In this document: in pieces, positions 53,196 through 64,000 of the stretch
How the letters are laid out: every line of letters starts with the position of its first letter
Position numbering within the stretch: the first letter of the stretch is position 1
DNA from: Spizellomyces punctatus DAOM BR117
Taxonomy: Eukaryota
Reading direction: 5' to 3' (one strand)
Assembly (NCBI GenBank): GCA_000182565.2
Contig: KQ257451.1
DNA length: 64,000 bases
Notes under the pieces: generated by a model
The model's database searches: none
Told to the model about the DNA's origin: nothing
What the model saw: the letters and a program-made list of their open reading frames with translations, nothing else
Program-made: the position numbers and the translations under genes

Positions 53196-55033
53196 TCACA
53201 GTCGCTTTTTACTATTGAGGAACACAGGGCTACTGGGATCCAAAACGGTCTCCTTGGACATGAGAAGCTCCAACTGGATCCTTGTTTGGAACTGCTCGAA
53301 AACCCTCCCAAAGTCCATGACTGTGATCATGGGTTGTGCCGCCCAATACTTTCCAAACTCATCGAACATGTAACCTAGAGAAAACTCAAATGTGAGTGAC
53401 GGCGCAAATGGAAAGCGTCTTGACGAACTTGCAAAACATACAATAAAACTCATTAAACATTGTAGTGGTAGTTCCAAATGTGTACAAAAAATGTTGTAAC
53501 TGTCGTGTTCTCACAAGCTGCACAGCAAAGTCCGTGATGTTGATGCCAACAATCGCCATAGAAAACCTGATTATGGCAACGATATTAAATTAATCCTCTC
53601 TTCGGATGTCTCTAATACGCCCACACGCGGTAACTTACCAAGCGGTAGGATGATGAGACGTCTGTAGGACCCGCTGAACAGAATGTGGATGGTGCTTCGC
53701 ATAGTAGTGCAAATTATCTAATCCGAGCATTCCTAAAAAGCGATATGGGAGTGTCAATATTGAAATAATTCCGATTAATTGTCTTCCACTGCAACTCTTG
53801 CACGCGCGTACCCATTCCCCGAAAATCAGTTGCAGGATCCTTTCCCTGAAATCCTGTCCAAAAACAAGTTCACATACACCATGTAAGCCCACGGGATGAC
53901 ACTTGACAATTTACGCATGTTACATACCAATCTTTTGCCACTGATCCGAAAATCTAGATGTCAGCTTCTCGTCTGGCATCATAAGATCCCATAACTACGG
54001 ATGGAGGGTATTTCAGTTAACCCATAGTGGCAACATAAGGTACACATTTTTCGTCGACCTCAAGCAGTTTCCGTTCATGTGATCGATTTGTCGGATCATA
54101 TTTTGTAGCGGCTCGCGCATTCAACTGAACAGAGTGAGTTTAGGTCTCACGAACCCTCTTATATCCCTCATTAGCTCAATACCTCGTGAACCAGCTTGTA
54201 CGAGGACATGATAATAGTGATGCATTGACGGAGGATTAACGCTTGCGGACTGCTCTCAGCAACATAAACAAACCGGTCAGTTCGCTGATATGGGTAAATG
54301 CGACAAAGTATACTTGCGTTTTTGGATTGCCATTACCCGGAAATCCCTTTTTGACGAGGATGATGGCGAAAGGTTCTTCTAAAGTACTATATGGTGACTC
54401 TAGTTGTCGTCGTACTTCCTATGAATCAATGAGTTCACATGTGGATCGACATAATCTGATTATTATGGAATTTCAATACTGACTGTCAATGTAGTCGAGT
54501 ACAGTAACGCTCGATCTGGAGTGGAATGTCATGAAGCGGTTTATTCGCGAGCAAATTCATTACCGATCTCGTCATCCACACAATAGTACCTATGCGATAC
54601 ACCGCGGCCGGCCCAACATAGGCGGAAAGAGACTTTGAGTTGACAAACTTGACCTTTCGGCCAGACTTTTCTGCCTTCTCATCCCCCTCCTTGGCCTCCA
54701 GGGTTTGCAACTCCGTTTCTTCCTTGGAACGGGCAGATTCCGCGGCTTGGACGGCTCCGTCGCATATACGGTAGAGTTCAGATGTGCCGGTAAGCAGTCG
54801 ATAGCATGACTTGAAGATTTTATATATCCAAAATAAGAAGGAAGACTGATATATTTGGGTCATGACTGGTTTTGACAGCATACAAGACACCGTGAGAAAA
54901 GACCTAGTTCCTGACAAAGGACTTTTGCAAAGGTTGAAATGGGTTTCAACGCACCAACTGTTCCAGCACCGTGTGCATAGTCAATAAAGAGGGGTAAATA
55001 CACCGGCCTCCCGAATAACCAGTCAAGTATCAT
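53196..55033 (-). CDS. ELMO-domain protein (ELMOD-like ARF/ARL GAP)
   Basis: YRLLTGTSELYRIC, SDQWQKIG|FQGKDPATDFRGMGMLGLDNLHYYA, FSMAIVGINIT, FGKYWAAQPMITVMDF. Confidence 0.88.
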
Positions 55034-55240
55034 CTTGGAGTTCTTGAATGTGCGCAAAATGAGGTCCAGCAAAGTAGCAGTTTGTTTGAGTTTGTTCGTA
55101 GGCCATTTTGACTTTGATGATCATGTTGATGGAGTAAGCATCACATGTGTCTCCGAACCCACGTGGACAGACTGACCAAGACGAGCAATCTGTCACCAAG
55201 TTGAGAACGACAAAAGCATCAGAGCAAGCAACCAACAGAA

Positions 55241-56607
55241 ATGGCAACCACAACGGCTGCGTTCAAAGCTACCGATTATGACTACGTGGACGAGATTAAC
55301 CAAAATCTCTTATGTCCTATATGTTATTGTCCGTTTATTACCCCAGGTACGTGTTCAAGTTCGTGGAATTCCTGACCTTCTTTGCTCACTTGCGACACCA
55401 GTTTCGTCCCCATGTGGTCATACCTTCTGCCAAGACTGTATAACGTTTGCTCTAGCTTCAACACCCACACCATCTTGCCCCATTGACCGCACCCCCCTTT
55501 CCCTGACACAAGTGACACCCGCTGCGAAACTGATATCGAGCCTTCTCGATGAGCTGCAAGTGTTTTGCCCGAATCGCAAAGACGGGTGTACGTGGATTGG
55601 ACAGCGGCAATCCTTAAATTCGCATTTGTCTGTGCATTGTCTGTATGCACAGGTAGGATGTGAGTTGGACGGGTGTCAGGAAGGTGTCCGGCGAAGTGAG
55701 CTTGAGAGCCACATGCGGGAGTGCAGTTACCGAGCAGAGGCATGTACTCGATGTAACCGGACGATTAGAAAGAGGGATTTTGCGGTAAGCACTCTAGTAT
55801 TTATAACCTGTCCTTTCTCTTTGACGGTTGTTGACATCCGTCTATCAGGTGCATGTCAGCGAGTGTTCAGCAGGCACCGCGTCCTGCATGCACTGCAAAC
55901 GAGATATCCTTCGATCAGACTTGGCAGGGCACATAAATGATTGCCCAGAAGCAATAGTTTCTTGCACTCATGTCCGACATGGGTGCTCATGGGAGGGCCA
56001 CCGCAAATTGTTGAATGAGCAGCACCTCATCACGTGTCCCTTTGAGGCCATAAAGGGGTTCTTTAGGATCCACGATCAACGCCAGCAAGCAGTGGAAGAA
56101 GAAAATAGGGAGCTCCGTCGCCAACTTGCAGATCTACAACAGCAAGTTGAAGCGCTTCGCGAGCGTCCGCTGGTGATATCACCGCCAGAAGCTGCGATGG
56201 TACCACCCATCGTTGGCGAAACAGCGGACAGGATTGGTCAACTACTGGCTGAGACAGACCAGTTGCGCTCAGATTTGGTCAATCTGAGCGCTGGATTTTC
56301 AGCAATGGAAATGAGGCAGGACATGGCACTGCTCTGCGAAACATCTCGATTGCGGGAAGAAATGCATTCTGTGCGGGCTTTATGTCAAGCTGTACAATCG
56401 CAACTCATTAATTTTGCGTTGGATCGGCGAAAGGAGGCATCTGCCTCATCATCCACTAGCAAGTCGGTCCTTAGCTCGGCTATCAGTGCGCTCGCAGGAG
56501 GGTCATCGGAAGGGGCATCCGCGAGTAGGGGCAGTCATAGAGATGACACGGATCGGTCTCGAACCATGATATCCCAGTTTCGCCAGGATGGGAGCACGAA
56601 ACTTTGA
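55241..56607 (+). CDS. RING (C3HC4) + TRAF-type zinc fingers + coiled-coil protein, no MATH domain
   Basis: YDYVDEINQNLLCPICYCPF..PCGHTFCQDCI...CPIDR; LLDELQVFCPNRKDGCTW...HL..HC; HINDCPEAIVSCTHVRHGCSW; coiled-coil tail. Confidence 0.88.
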
Positions 56608-56741
56608 GTGGATGATATAATACCAATAATGTACATATATGCTGGATACTAAGCCGTTCCTGCGCAGTTTCAAAAGCTAATCACCATCGGGCCATGTCGC
56701 ACGAGGTTTTTCCTCCTTGAGCAATTCCCCTCGGATAACCT

Positions 56742-58166
56742 TCAGTACCACACCGTCTTCTTGTTGATCAGTCTTTTTAGCTGAGCGCCACTATCCTTGT
56801 ACCACTGGCGCAGATAGGCATCCAGCAAAATATGGTTCATCGTAGCCAGATCCTGATCCAATCCTTCTGTTGTTTTTGCCTTCTGGACCACCGCTTCTGC
56901 AGCAACGACAGCAGCAGCTCTAAGACGGAGATCCCACTGCTCAGTTGTTGTCCCCAAATCATCGCCCCTTTCTAGCATTGCGGCAAGGTCGGGTGAGACT
57001 TTGAGGACGCCCAAATGAATCCAAAGCGATGGTAAAATATCATCCGCCAAAACTGTCAGCATGCTCATGTCCGAGAACTGAAAGCGAGCTGGGTCAGCAT
57101 CTCTGAAATATCGATACAGATTCAGAGCCATAAGCTGTGGTCGTCGGAAAATGTACACGTCTGAAGCCGAGCATTAGAAAATGACCGTCCTGCTATAGGC
57201 TGGCATCACACCTACCGACTCCATTGCATCGGCCCATATCCCTCATTGAAGGTAAGGTGCTCGCCAGCGCCGCTACCAAATTCTCTGCTGATGGATATCC
57301 ACTTCCATTGGCTCCAGGTTTGGTGACGTCAAGTAAGAAGTGCGCCAAATTGCGATAATCCTTCTGCTGCAAAATGGCGCCCGTCTCGTTCATCACATCT
57401 GTGATTTTCTGGGCGAATTCGCGTAATGGATGCGGTTCAGTCAGAGTCAGCGGTAGAGTTTCATGGGGAACGTCTCGGGTGACAGGGATGTTGAACAACG
57501 TAGCCACCTTTTGGAGAGACTATTTTGTAGCTCCGTGGAGGGACTCAAACCAAGAATTTACTGCGTACCTCGCCCAAGGTGATTTCTCGCATGTACTTTG
57601 CAGATACATCCACGGAGGAGATGTGTAGAGACATGACGCCTGATGATGAGGTTGATTATCTGTCTTAATGTAACCCGGAAATCTCAAGCAATAATCTTAG
57701 AAGTGACGCACCGAAACGAAGGGTATCATAGGCTCCCTAAAAGATGGCGGTGACGCTAAATATTATAAACTCCATGAAATGCAGGCATGAAACTTACTCT
57801 TCCCACAGCTTCCTTGAGTTGCGACCTCCACCCACTACCGAAAGTCAACAGATCAATCAAGGCAATAATGTTCAGCTCTTGTTCCAGCGTGTCAAACTTT
57901 AGCGGCATCCGCGTCGCTTCTTTTTGAGCTTCCCGCCATTTGCTTGGATCTATTCGGGAAATGAAGTCTTGGACCGCAATTTCATCCACCTTCCTGTGAA
58001 TTAGCCCATCCAGTCAGGTTTCACTGATGTAACAATGTTGGAGAGCACATACAGTAATATCAGGAGACAACGTTTGACTCAAAGCGTTACATGAGTTGCG
58101 TACAGCATCTAGATAAGCTCCGCTGGGAAGCTGGCAGGTTGTTGATTGCAAGATGGCTGGCATCAT
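56742..58166 (-). CDS. Queuosine-salvage (QNG1/DUF2419)-family protein, divergent
   Basis: AVRNSC, IDLLTFGSGW, LPSMRD..VYIFRRPQL, FQFSDMSMLTVLADDILP..LGVL, LRAAAVVAAE, LDAYL align with Q_salvage family motifs. Confidence 0.7.
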
Positions 58167-58629
58167 GAACTGAACGTCCAAAACTACGGTTCGTAGTTTG
58201 CGTGACTTTCTTTGCAAAAGTCGTCAAGGATAACGGACAAGGATAACTGCGTTGTGGTGTTCAAGATGATAGGCTTGTGGATAAGTGAGTTGCTGAACGA
58301 TCGGGGTGCGTCAGCGTGGGAAACCCATTCGAGCCGATTAATGATTTTTGTTGCTGCGCCACGACCACTCGCGTTCCATCTCTGCTCGCTGCTCTTCCTT
58401 CACCCTGCAACCATTCTAACACCGACGTTTTTGCGGCGGTTTACCTGGTTTTAGGCCGTCACCCCGCGCAAGACCATTAAGTCTGGCTGTGCACACTTCC
58501 TGGTGAGCTAATTCGGTCTATTATACCGGTTGCTTTGGGGCATATCCCTACGATATGCTAGCAAAGATCTTCTATAAATTGACATATTATCACGACCTTA
58601 GAGTGCCTCACTGCTAGCGTATCTATATC

Positions 58630-61344
58630 ATGTCACCTGTCAACGTATTGCTTGTTGGATCTGGTGGACGGGAGCACGCCATTGCTTGGGCCTTGGCAAA
58701 GTCGCAGCGGGTAGCCACCATATTTGTTGCTCCTGGTGAGTTCTGCTCTGTTTCGAGCGGAAAGCATTTTGCATTGCTTACTGAGAGCTGGGTGATTGTC
58801 ACAAATTAGGAAACGGCGGTACGGAAACGGCTGGACCAAAGGTGAAGAACGTTTCAGTAGACGCCGGGAACAACTTTGAGGGCCTCGTTCGCTTTGCCTG
58901 CGAGAACAATGTAGCGCTCGTTATCCCTGGTCCGGAACAGCCCTTGGTTGATGGCATTCAGGCTGCTTTCAAAAAGGTCGGAATTCCTTGCTTCGGACCA
59001 TCAAAGGAAGCAGCTCAGCTCGAAGGATCGAAAGCGTTTTCCAAAGACTTCATGAAGAAGCATCAGATTCCGACTGCCGCATACGAGGTCTTCACGGATT
59101 TCAACAAAGCCAAATCTTACATTGAAAACTTCGGTGGGCAGCTGGTAATCAAGGCCTCAGGACTTGCGGCTGGAAAGGGTGTGCTGCTACCTGAAACCAA
59201 AGAAGAAGCGATTGAGGGCCTGAAATCTATTATGGTGGATTCCGTGTTCGGAGACGCTGGCAGTGAAGTTGTTATCGAAGAACGTCTTACCGGAGAGGAA
59301 GTTAGTGTGCTGGCATTCTCAGACGGTTATACAGTCATCCCAATGCCTGCGGCGCAAGACCACAAACGGGCTTTTGAGGGAGATAAGGGACCGAATACTG
59401 GAGGAATGGGCGCATATGCTCCCGCCCCCATCTTTACACCTGAGCTTGCCGCTGAGGTGAAGCGGACCGTCTTGCAACCTACCGTCGATGGAATGCGCCG
59501 GGACGGCCATCCTTTTGTGGGTGTCCTTTACGCAGGTCTGATGCTGACACCTTCTGGGCCAAAAGTGCTCGAATTCAACGCACGGTTCGGAGACCCAGAA
59601 ACCCAAGTGGTACTTCCCCTGTTGGATGACGGATGTGATCTTTTTGAGATCACTCTTGCCGCAGCCGAAGGGCGCTTAGATTCCGTAAAAGTAAACTTCA
59701 AGTCATCCTCTGCTGCAACGGTTGTGATTGCTGCTCAAGGCTACCCTGGATCATACGAAAAGGGCAAAGAAATCAAGATTGCCTCGGTACCTCCAAGTAA
59801 GAAACGATGCGATAATTACCGCCTTTGTTTTGGATATGTAATAATCATGTTAATACTCCTGCAGATGTTACTGTTTTCCATGCTGGGACAAAGTTGGACG
59901 GAGGAAGATTGACGACCTCAGGAGGACGTGTACTCGCCGTAACCGCTGTGGCTGGCGACCTTCAAGAGGCGTTGAAGCTAGCAAATTCCAGCGTTCTTCT
60001 GGTCCAGTTTGACGGAGCTCAGTTCCGTCGTGACATTGGTCACAGGGCCTTGGCTTTGCTCGGAAGCAAGAAAACATCTGGTGCCACTTACGCACAGGCC
60101 GGAGTAAACATTGACGCCGGCAATTTGCTGGTGGAGAAGCTGAAGCCGCTTGTTAAGGCAACCAGAAGACCTGGTGCAGATGCGGATCTTGGTGGTTTTG
60201 GAGGACTTTTCGATCTACAGGCAGCTGGCTACAAAGACCCTGTACTCGTGTCCGGAACTGACGGTGTGGGAACGAAGCTCAAGATTGCTCAAGCTATTCG
60301 GAAGCATGATACAATTGGTACAGTCTCACCATGCAGGTCTCGAAAGCGATTGATATCAAATCCTAAGTTGGAATCTTATTAGGTATCGATCTCGTGGCTA
60401 TGAATGTCAATGACGTTATCGTTCAGGGCGCAGAGCCTCTATTCTTCCTCGATTACTATGCGAGCAGTAAGCTGGAGGTAGACGTTGCCCGCGACGTGAT
60501 TGCGGGCATTGCAGCTGGATGTAGCGACGCTGGATGTGCGCTTGTAGGTGGTGAAACGGCGGAAATGCCGGGTATTTATCAACATGGTAAGATGCACATC
60601 TCAGCCTAGGTTATAGTGGAATGAAGCTGACAGGTACTTTCTCATGTGTACAGGCGACTACGATCTGGCTGGTTTTGTTGTTGGGGCGGTTGATCGCAAT
60701 GAGGTTCTTCCTAAATTTGACGCTATATCAGAGGGCGATGTCGTGCTGGGTCTACCATCATCTGGCGTGCATTCAAACGGCTTTTCGCTTGTTCGTCATG
60801 TTGTTGCCCGTGCAAATCTCGATTACTCGTCTCCATGTCCTTTCGCATCGCCTGAAGTCGGCCAAACACTCGGAGAAGCCCTTCTCACCCCCACCCGCAT
60901 CTACGTCAGACAGCTTCTTCCTGCCGTGAGGAAAGGATTGATCAAGGCAATGGCTCATATCACAGGTGGAGGTTTCCCAGACAATATCCCTAGGGCCTTG
61001 CCGGACACCATTGGAGTGCAAATTGATGCACGAACATGGCCTTTACTTCCCGTTTTCCAATGGGTCAAGCGCACTGGTGGAATTGCAGATGGTATGAAAA
61101 ACATTCTCCCCTTCTCCTGGTTCGCTTGGTCATCGTTTAACATATGAAACCCTGTCTAGCCGAACTCGCACGAACATTTAACTGTGGTATCGGTATGATC
61201 CTGATCGTTAGCCGGGACAATGTCCCCGAGGTGAACCGCTTACTACGAGACGCTGGTGAAGAAGTGTATGAGATCGGAAAGGTTGTGAAGCGGACTAGTG
61301 GTGAACAGGTAGAGCTCATCGGCACAGAAACCGCCTGGGCTTAG
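58630..61344 (+). CDS. ADE5,7: Bifunctional GAR synthetase / AIR synthetase
   Basis: [113 protein letters not shown]. Confidence 0.98.
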
Positions 61345-61481
61345 ATGTATGAGGTAGAAGGGAGTATGCATTTTTTTCATTCGCAAAAAGGGTGGGTGTA
61401 ATGTACAGTACGTAGACGAAGGTTCCACATATATAAACATATTGGCAAATAGCGTAGCCGCCAAACCATTGTATGAACGGT

Positions 61482-62015
61482 TCATCCTGCAGCATTTAAT
61501 TGGCGCACCAGTTTCTGGACGTTAGCATCGAAAAGATCAATGCGTATTGGCATCTCCGGATTGTAAAAGGGGTTCTTCATGACAAAGTCAGCGTAAAGTT
61601 CGTACACACGTCTTGATGGTACATCCACGTTAGCTTGCGACGGATCGGTGATTAAAAGGAACTTCACCCCTGTGAAGCGGTTCAGCTACGTTTCCCAGTC
61701 GCAGTCCCCAATAGCATATTTGCTCGAACCTGTGAGGGTTTGAAAGCAGAAGATTTTGAAGGTGTCTGTTTCTAGGACTTCCATGCCTGAAGAAGGGGAC
61801 ACTGGGGATATTCTCGAGGTGATTGCGTGGACCCTGTTCACGAAATGTTATAGGACCTTGGGTGTAGCGACGTCCTCGACCGCTGAAACGCACCCATGAA
61901 ATGTGCCAGCCATCACAAGATACTCATTGCTTGTTAACTTCGCCAGGCCTTCCGTAAAGTCTCGGTTGTATATGAGACCACCAGCCTTATTTATAATTAG
62001 GATTGCGTGAAGCAT
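61482..62015 (-). CDS. TRS23: TRAPP complex subunit Trs23/TRAPPC4
   Basis: IINKAGGLIY, LTSNEYLVMAGTFHGVHAI, CFQTLTGVKF, VYELYADFVMKNPFYNPEMPIR. Confidence 0.95.
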
Positions 62016-62614
62016 CGTGAACCTGCGATCACTGTTCGGTGACAGCCCGGGGGAGGGGATTCGCGCTTGACCGTGTTGAATGGATCCATCCAGGCCACGT
62101 GATTTGCTTGCAAGCGGCATGGAGCTCCCACGCAACCAAAGATGCCTGCAGAGGAACTACCTGTCCAAGATTTCTCCTTTGTGCCTTTTTGCTTCGCTCC
62201 ATCATCTGCGACCCCCATTTGGCTTTATCTGGCTCTGTGTATTTGTCTGGTCCTCCTCCACAGTGGCCTTCTCGGCCCTGCGATCTCCAGCAAATTGTCC
62301 AATTCCACCTGAGTGCACGCTGTTGACTGGATAGGACGGAGCCAAAGGGCATTCGGCTCAGCTCTGCACTATTGGTCCAGGCCGCAAGATATCTTGAAGC
62401 TGAAACATTGGTTGTTCTCTGGGATAAGCGTGGTAGGCGGGTTTTGCAAGATTGTCGCTTTTTTATGGCCATTTGATGGCGCCACCCGCGGGCATTTAAT
62501 GGCTGACGCGAATCGTTATATCTAACTTATCGTCGCCCGTACTGTCAGTAGTTCCTCGAGACTTGGACCTTCACGTAGACGTCTTAAAGCTTGCTTGAGC
62601 CGTCAAAAGCCTTA

Positions 62615-64000
62615 ATGGCCCAACCCATGCAGCATGCGCGACAGAATTCAATGCAGGGCAGTGAGGGCAATACCGGTGTCATGTCGCCAGAATTATACGG
62701 TTCGCCATATGGAGGGAGCGGCGACCCAGTTCCTCCAATGTCGTTGAATCAGCAGGATTCACGAGACGATTTAGAGAGAGTTATGGAGACCAGTCCAAAT
62801 GCAAGATATGCAAAGGTGCAGAATCCCTCTTATTTTCGGGGTTGTGCGATTGATGATGGGCATTGAGCGGGCCGCTCGCAGAGGGTCCGCTTTCTTGATA
62901 TCAAGTACTTATTTTGCAATATGTCGCATTACTGCAGCTCAATCAACTGCTAGGAAAGGGCGCGTACAAGGTTGTATATAAGGCGATTGATAGGGAGGAG
63001 GGCTACGAAGTCGCGTGGAATACGTGCCAGGTAGGTGATTCAGGTCAATTGCCAGGCTTTCATAACCTTAAATACTCTGTTATAATATTAAAGACTACCA
63101 AAGCGGAGTTTATGGAGTTGAGCGAGGAGATTGAGATCCTGAAACGAGTGCGGCATCCGAATATCATACAATTCCATGATTGCTGGTACAATAATATGGA
63201 GTTCGTTTTTATTACGGAGCTGATGACTTCTGGAACACTGCGAGAGTAAGTTGTATGAACGGCGTATTTCGGCATGGGAAGCTGATGGATGTTCTTCGCG
63301 TAGGTATATTCGCAAACTTCAGATTCCAAATTTGAAGATTGTAAAGCGATGGGCACGACAAATACTAAAGGGTCTATCATATCTTCACTCACACGATCCA
63401 CCAATTATCCATCGCGATATTAAGGTAGGTTCGAAAAAGCTAAGAATTTTGAAGTACGGGTTGATCGTATGTGTTATTTACTTGGAAACCTAGTGCGATA
63501 ACATTTTCATAAACGGTGCACACGGAGAGGTGAAGATAGGGGATATGGGAACGGCAAAGATGAAGCTTGGGAAGAAGTACACAGTCATAGGGACGCCGGA
63601 ATTCATGGCACCGGTACGTACTGGATTGTGTTAAGTCCAGCTGGGATAGTTATAAAGAATTAGGTATTATAGGAAATGTATGAGGAAAAGGGGTACAGCG
63701 AGAAAGTTGATATATATGCATTCGGAATGGCGTTGTTGGAAATGGTAAGTGCAATATGTTATTCAGGACATGATGTTTTGACGGCTTATATATTGTTGTC
63801 TTGACATCAGGTCACTGGAGAATATCCATATAACGAGTGCAAAAACGCGGCGCAAATCTACAAGAAAGTCACGCAGGTACGTTCGGGTGTTCCACACCTT
63901 TTCTCGATTTGGTTTGATAAAAGGGTTAGCGTTCGGACGGACACTTTGGGTCGAAGGGAGCAAAGATCTTGTCAAAGACTCACTGAACCCTTTTTTTTTC
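62615..64000 (+). CDS. WNK (with-no-lysine) family kinase, runs off the window
   Basis: [105 protein letters not shown]. Confidence 0.95.

Noticed and set aside
54250-54313. Possible second U12 intron in the ELMOD gene (donor GTATACTTT on -)
   Set aside because: Mismatch in the U12 donor core and a major-type ACTGAC branch site, so most likely U2-type.

Overview
Gene-dense, intron-rich eukaryotic DNA (introns mostly 50-90 nt, three N gaps). The gene content points to a zoosporic fungus: fungal-type HOG1, ADE5,7 fusion, Atf1-type bZIP and Sfp1-like zinc fingers occur alongside the flagellar genes MNS1 and TTLL2-like, calreticulin and a WNK kinase. A chytrid such as a Spizellomycetales member is my inference and is not proven. 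About 29 protein-coding genes could be reconstructed by hand-splicing, including HSBP1, a p24 gene and most of the TTLL gene, which the ORF track misses or fragments. No rRNA, tRNA, CRISPR array or intact transposon was seen. Most notable: (1) the unusually long last intron of the U1A-like snRNP gene contains a hairpin carrying the U1A binding site (TCCATTGCACTCCGG, matching U1 snRNA stem-loop II), a candidate intronic autoregulatory circuit; (2) a textbook AT-AC (U12-type) intron in the RhoGAP gene implies a minor spliceosome; (3) a bHLH-ZIP protein appears fused to a PHD finger; (4) a bacterial-style GNAT carries one intron; (5) a CysG-like siroheme synthase has an amphipathic insert and a perfect Cbf1-type site in its promoter; (6) calreticulin has a +1 frameshift. 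Exon boundaries were read by eye and family calls come from motif recognition, not database searches.
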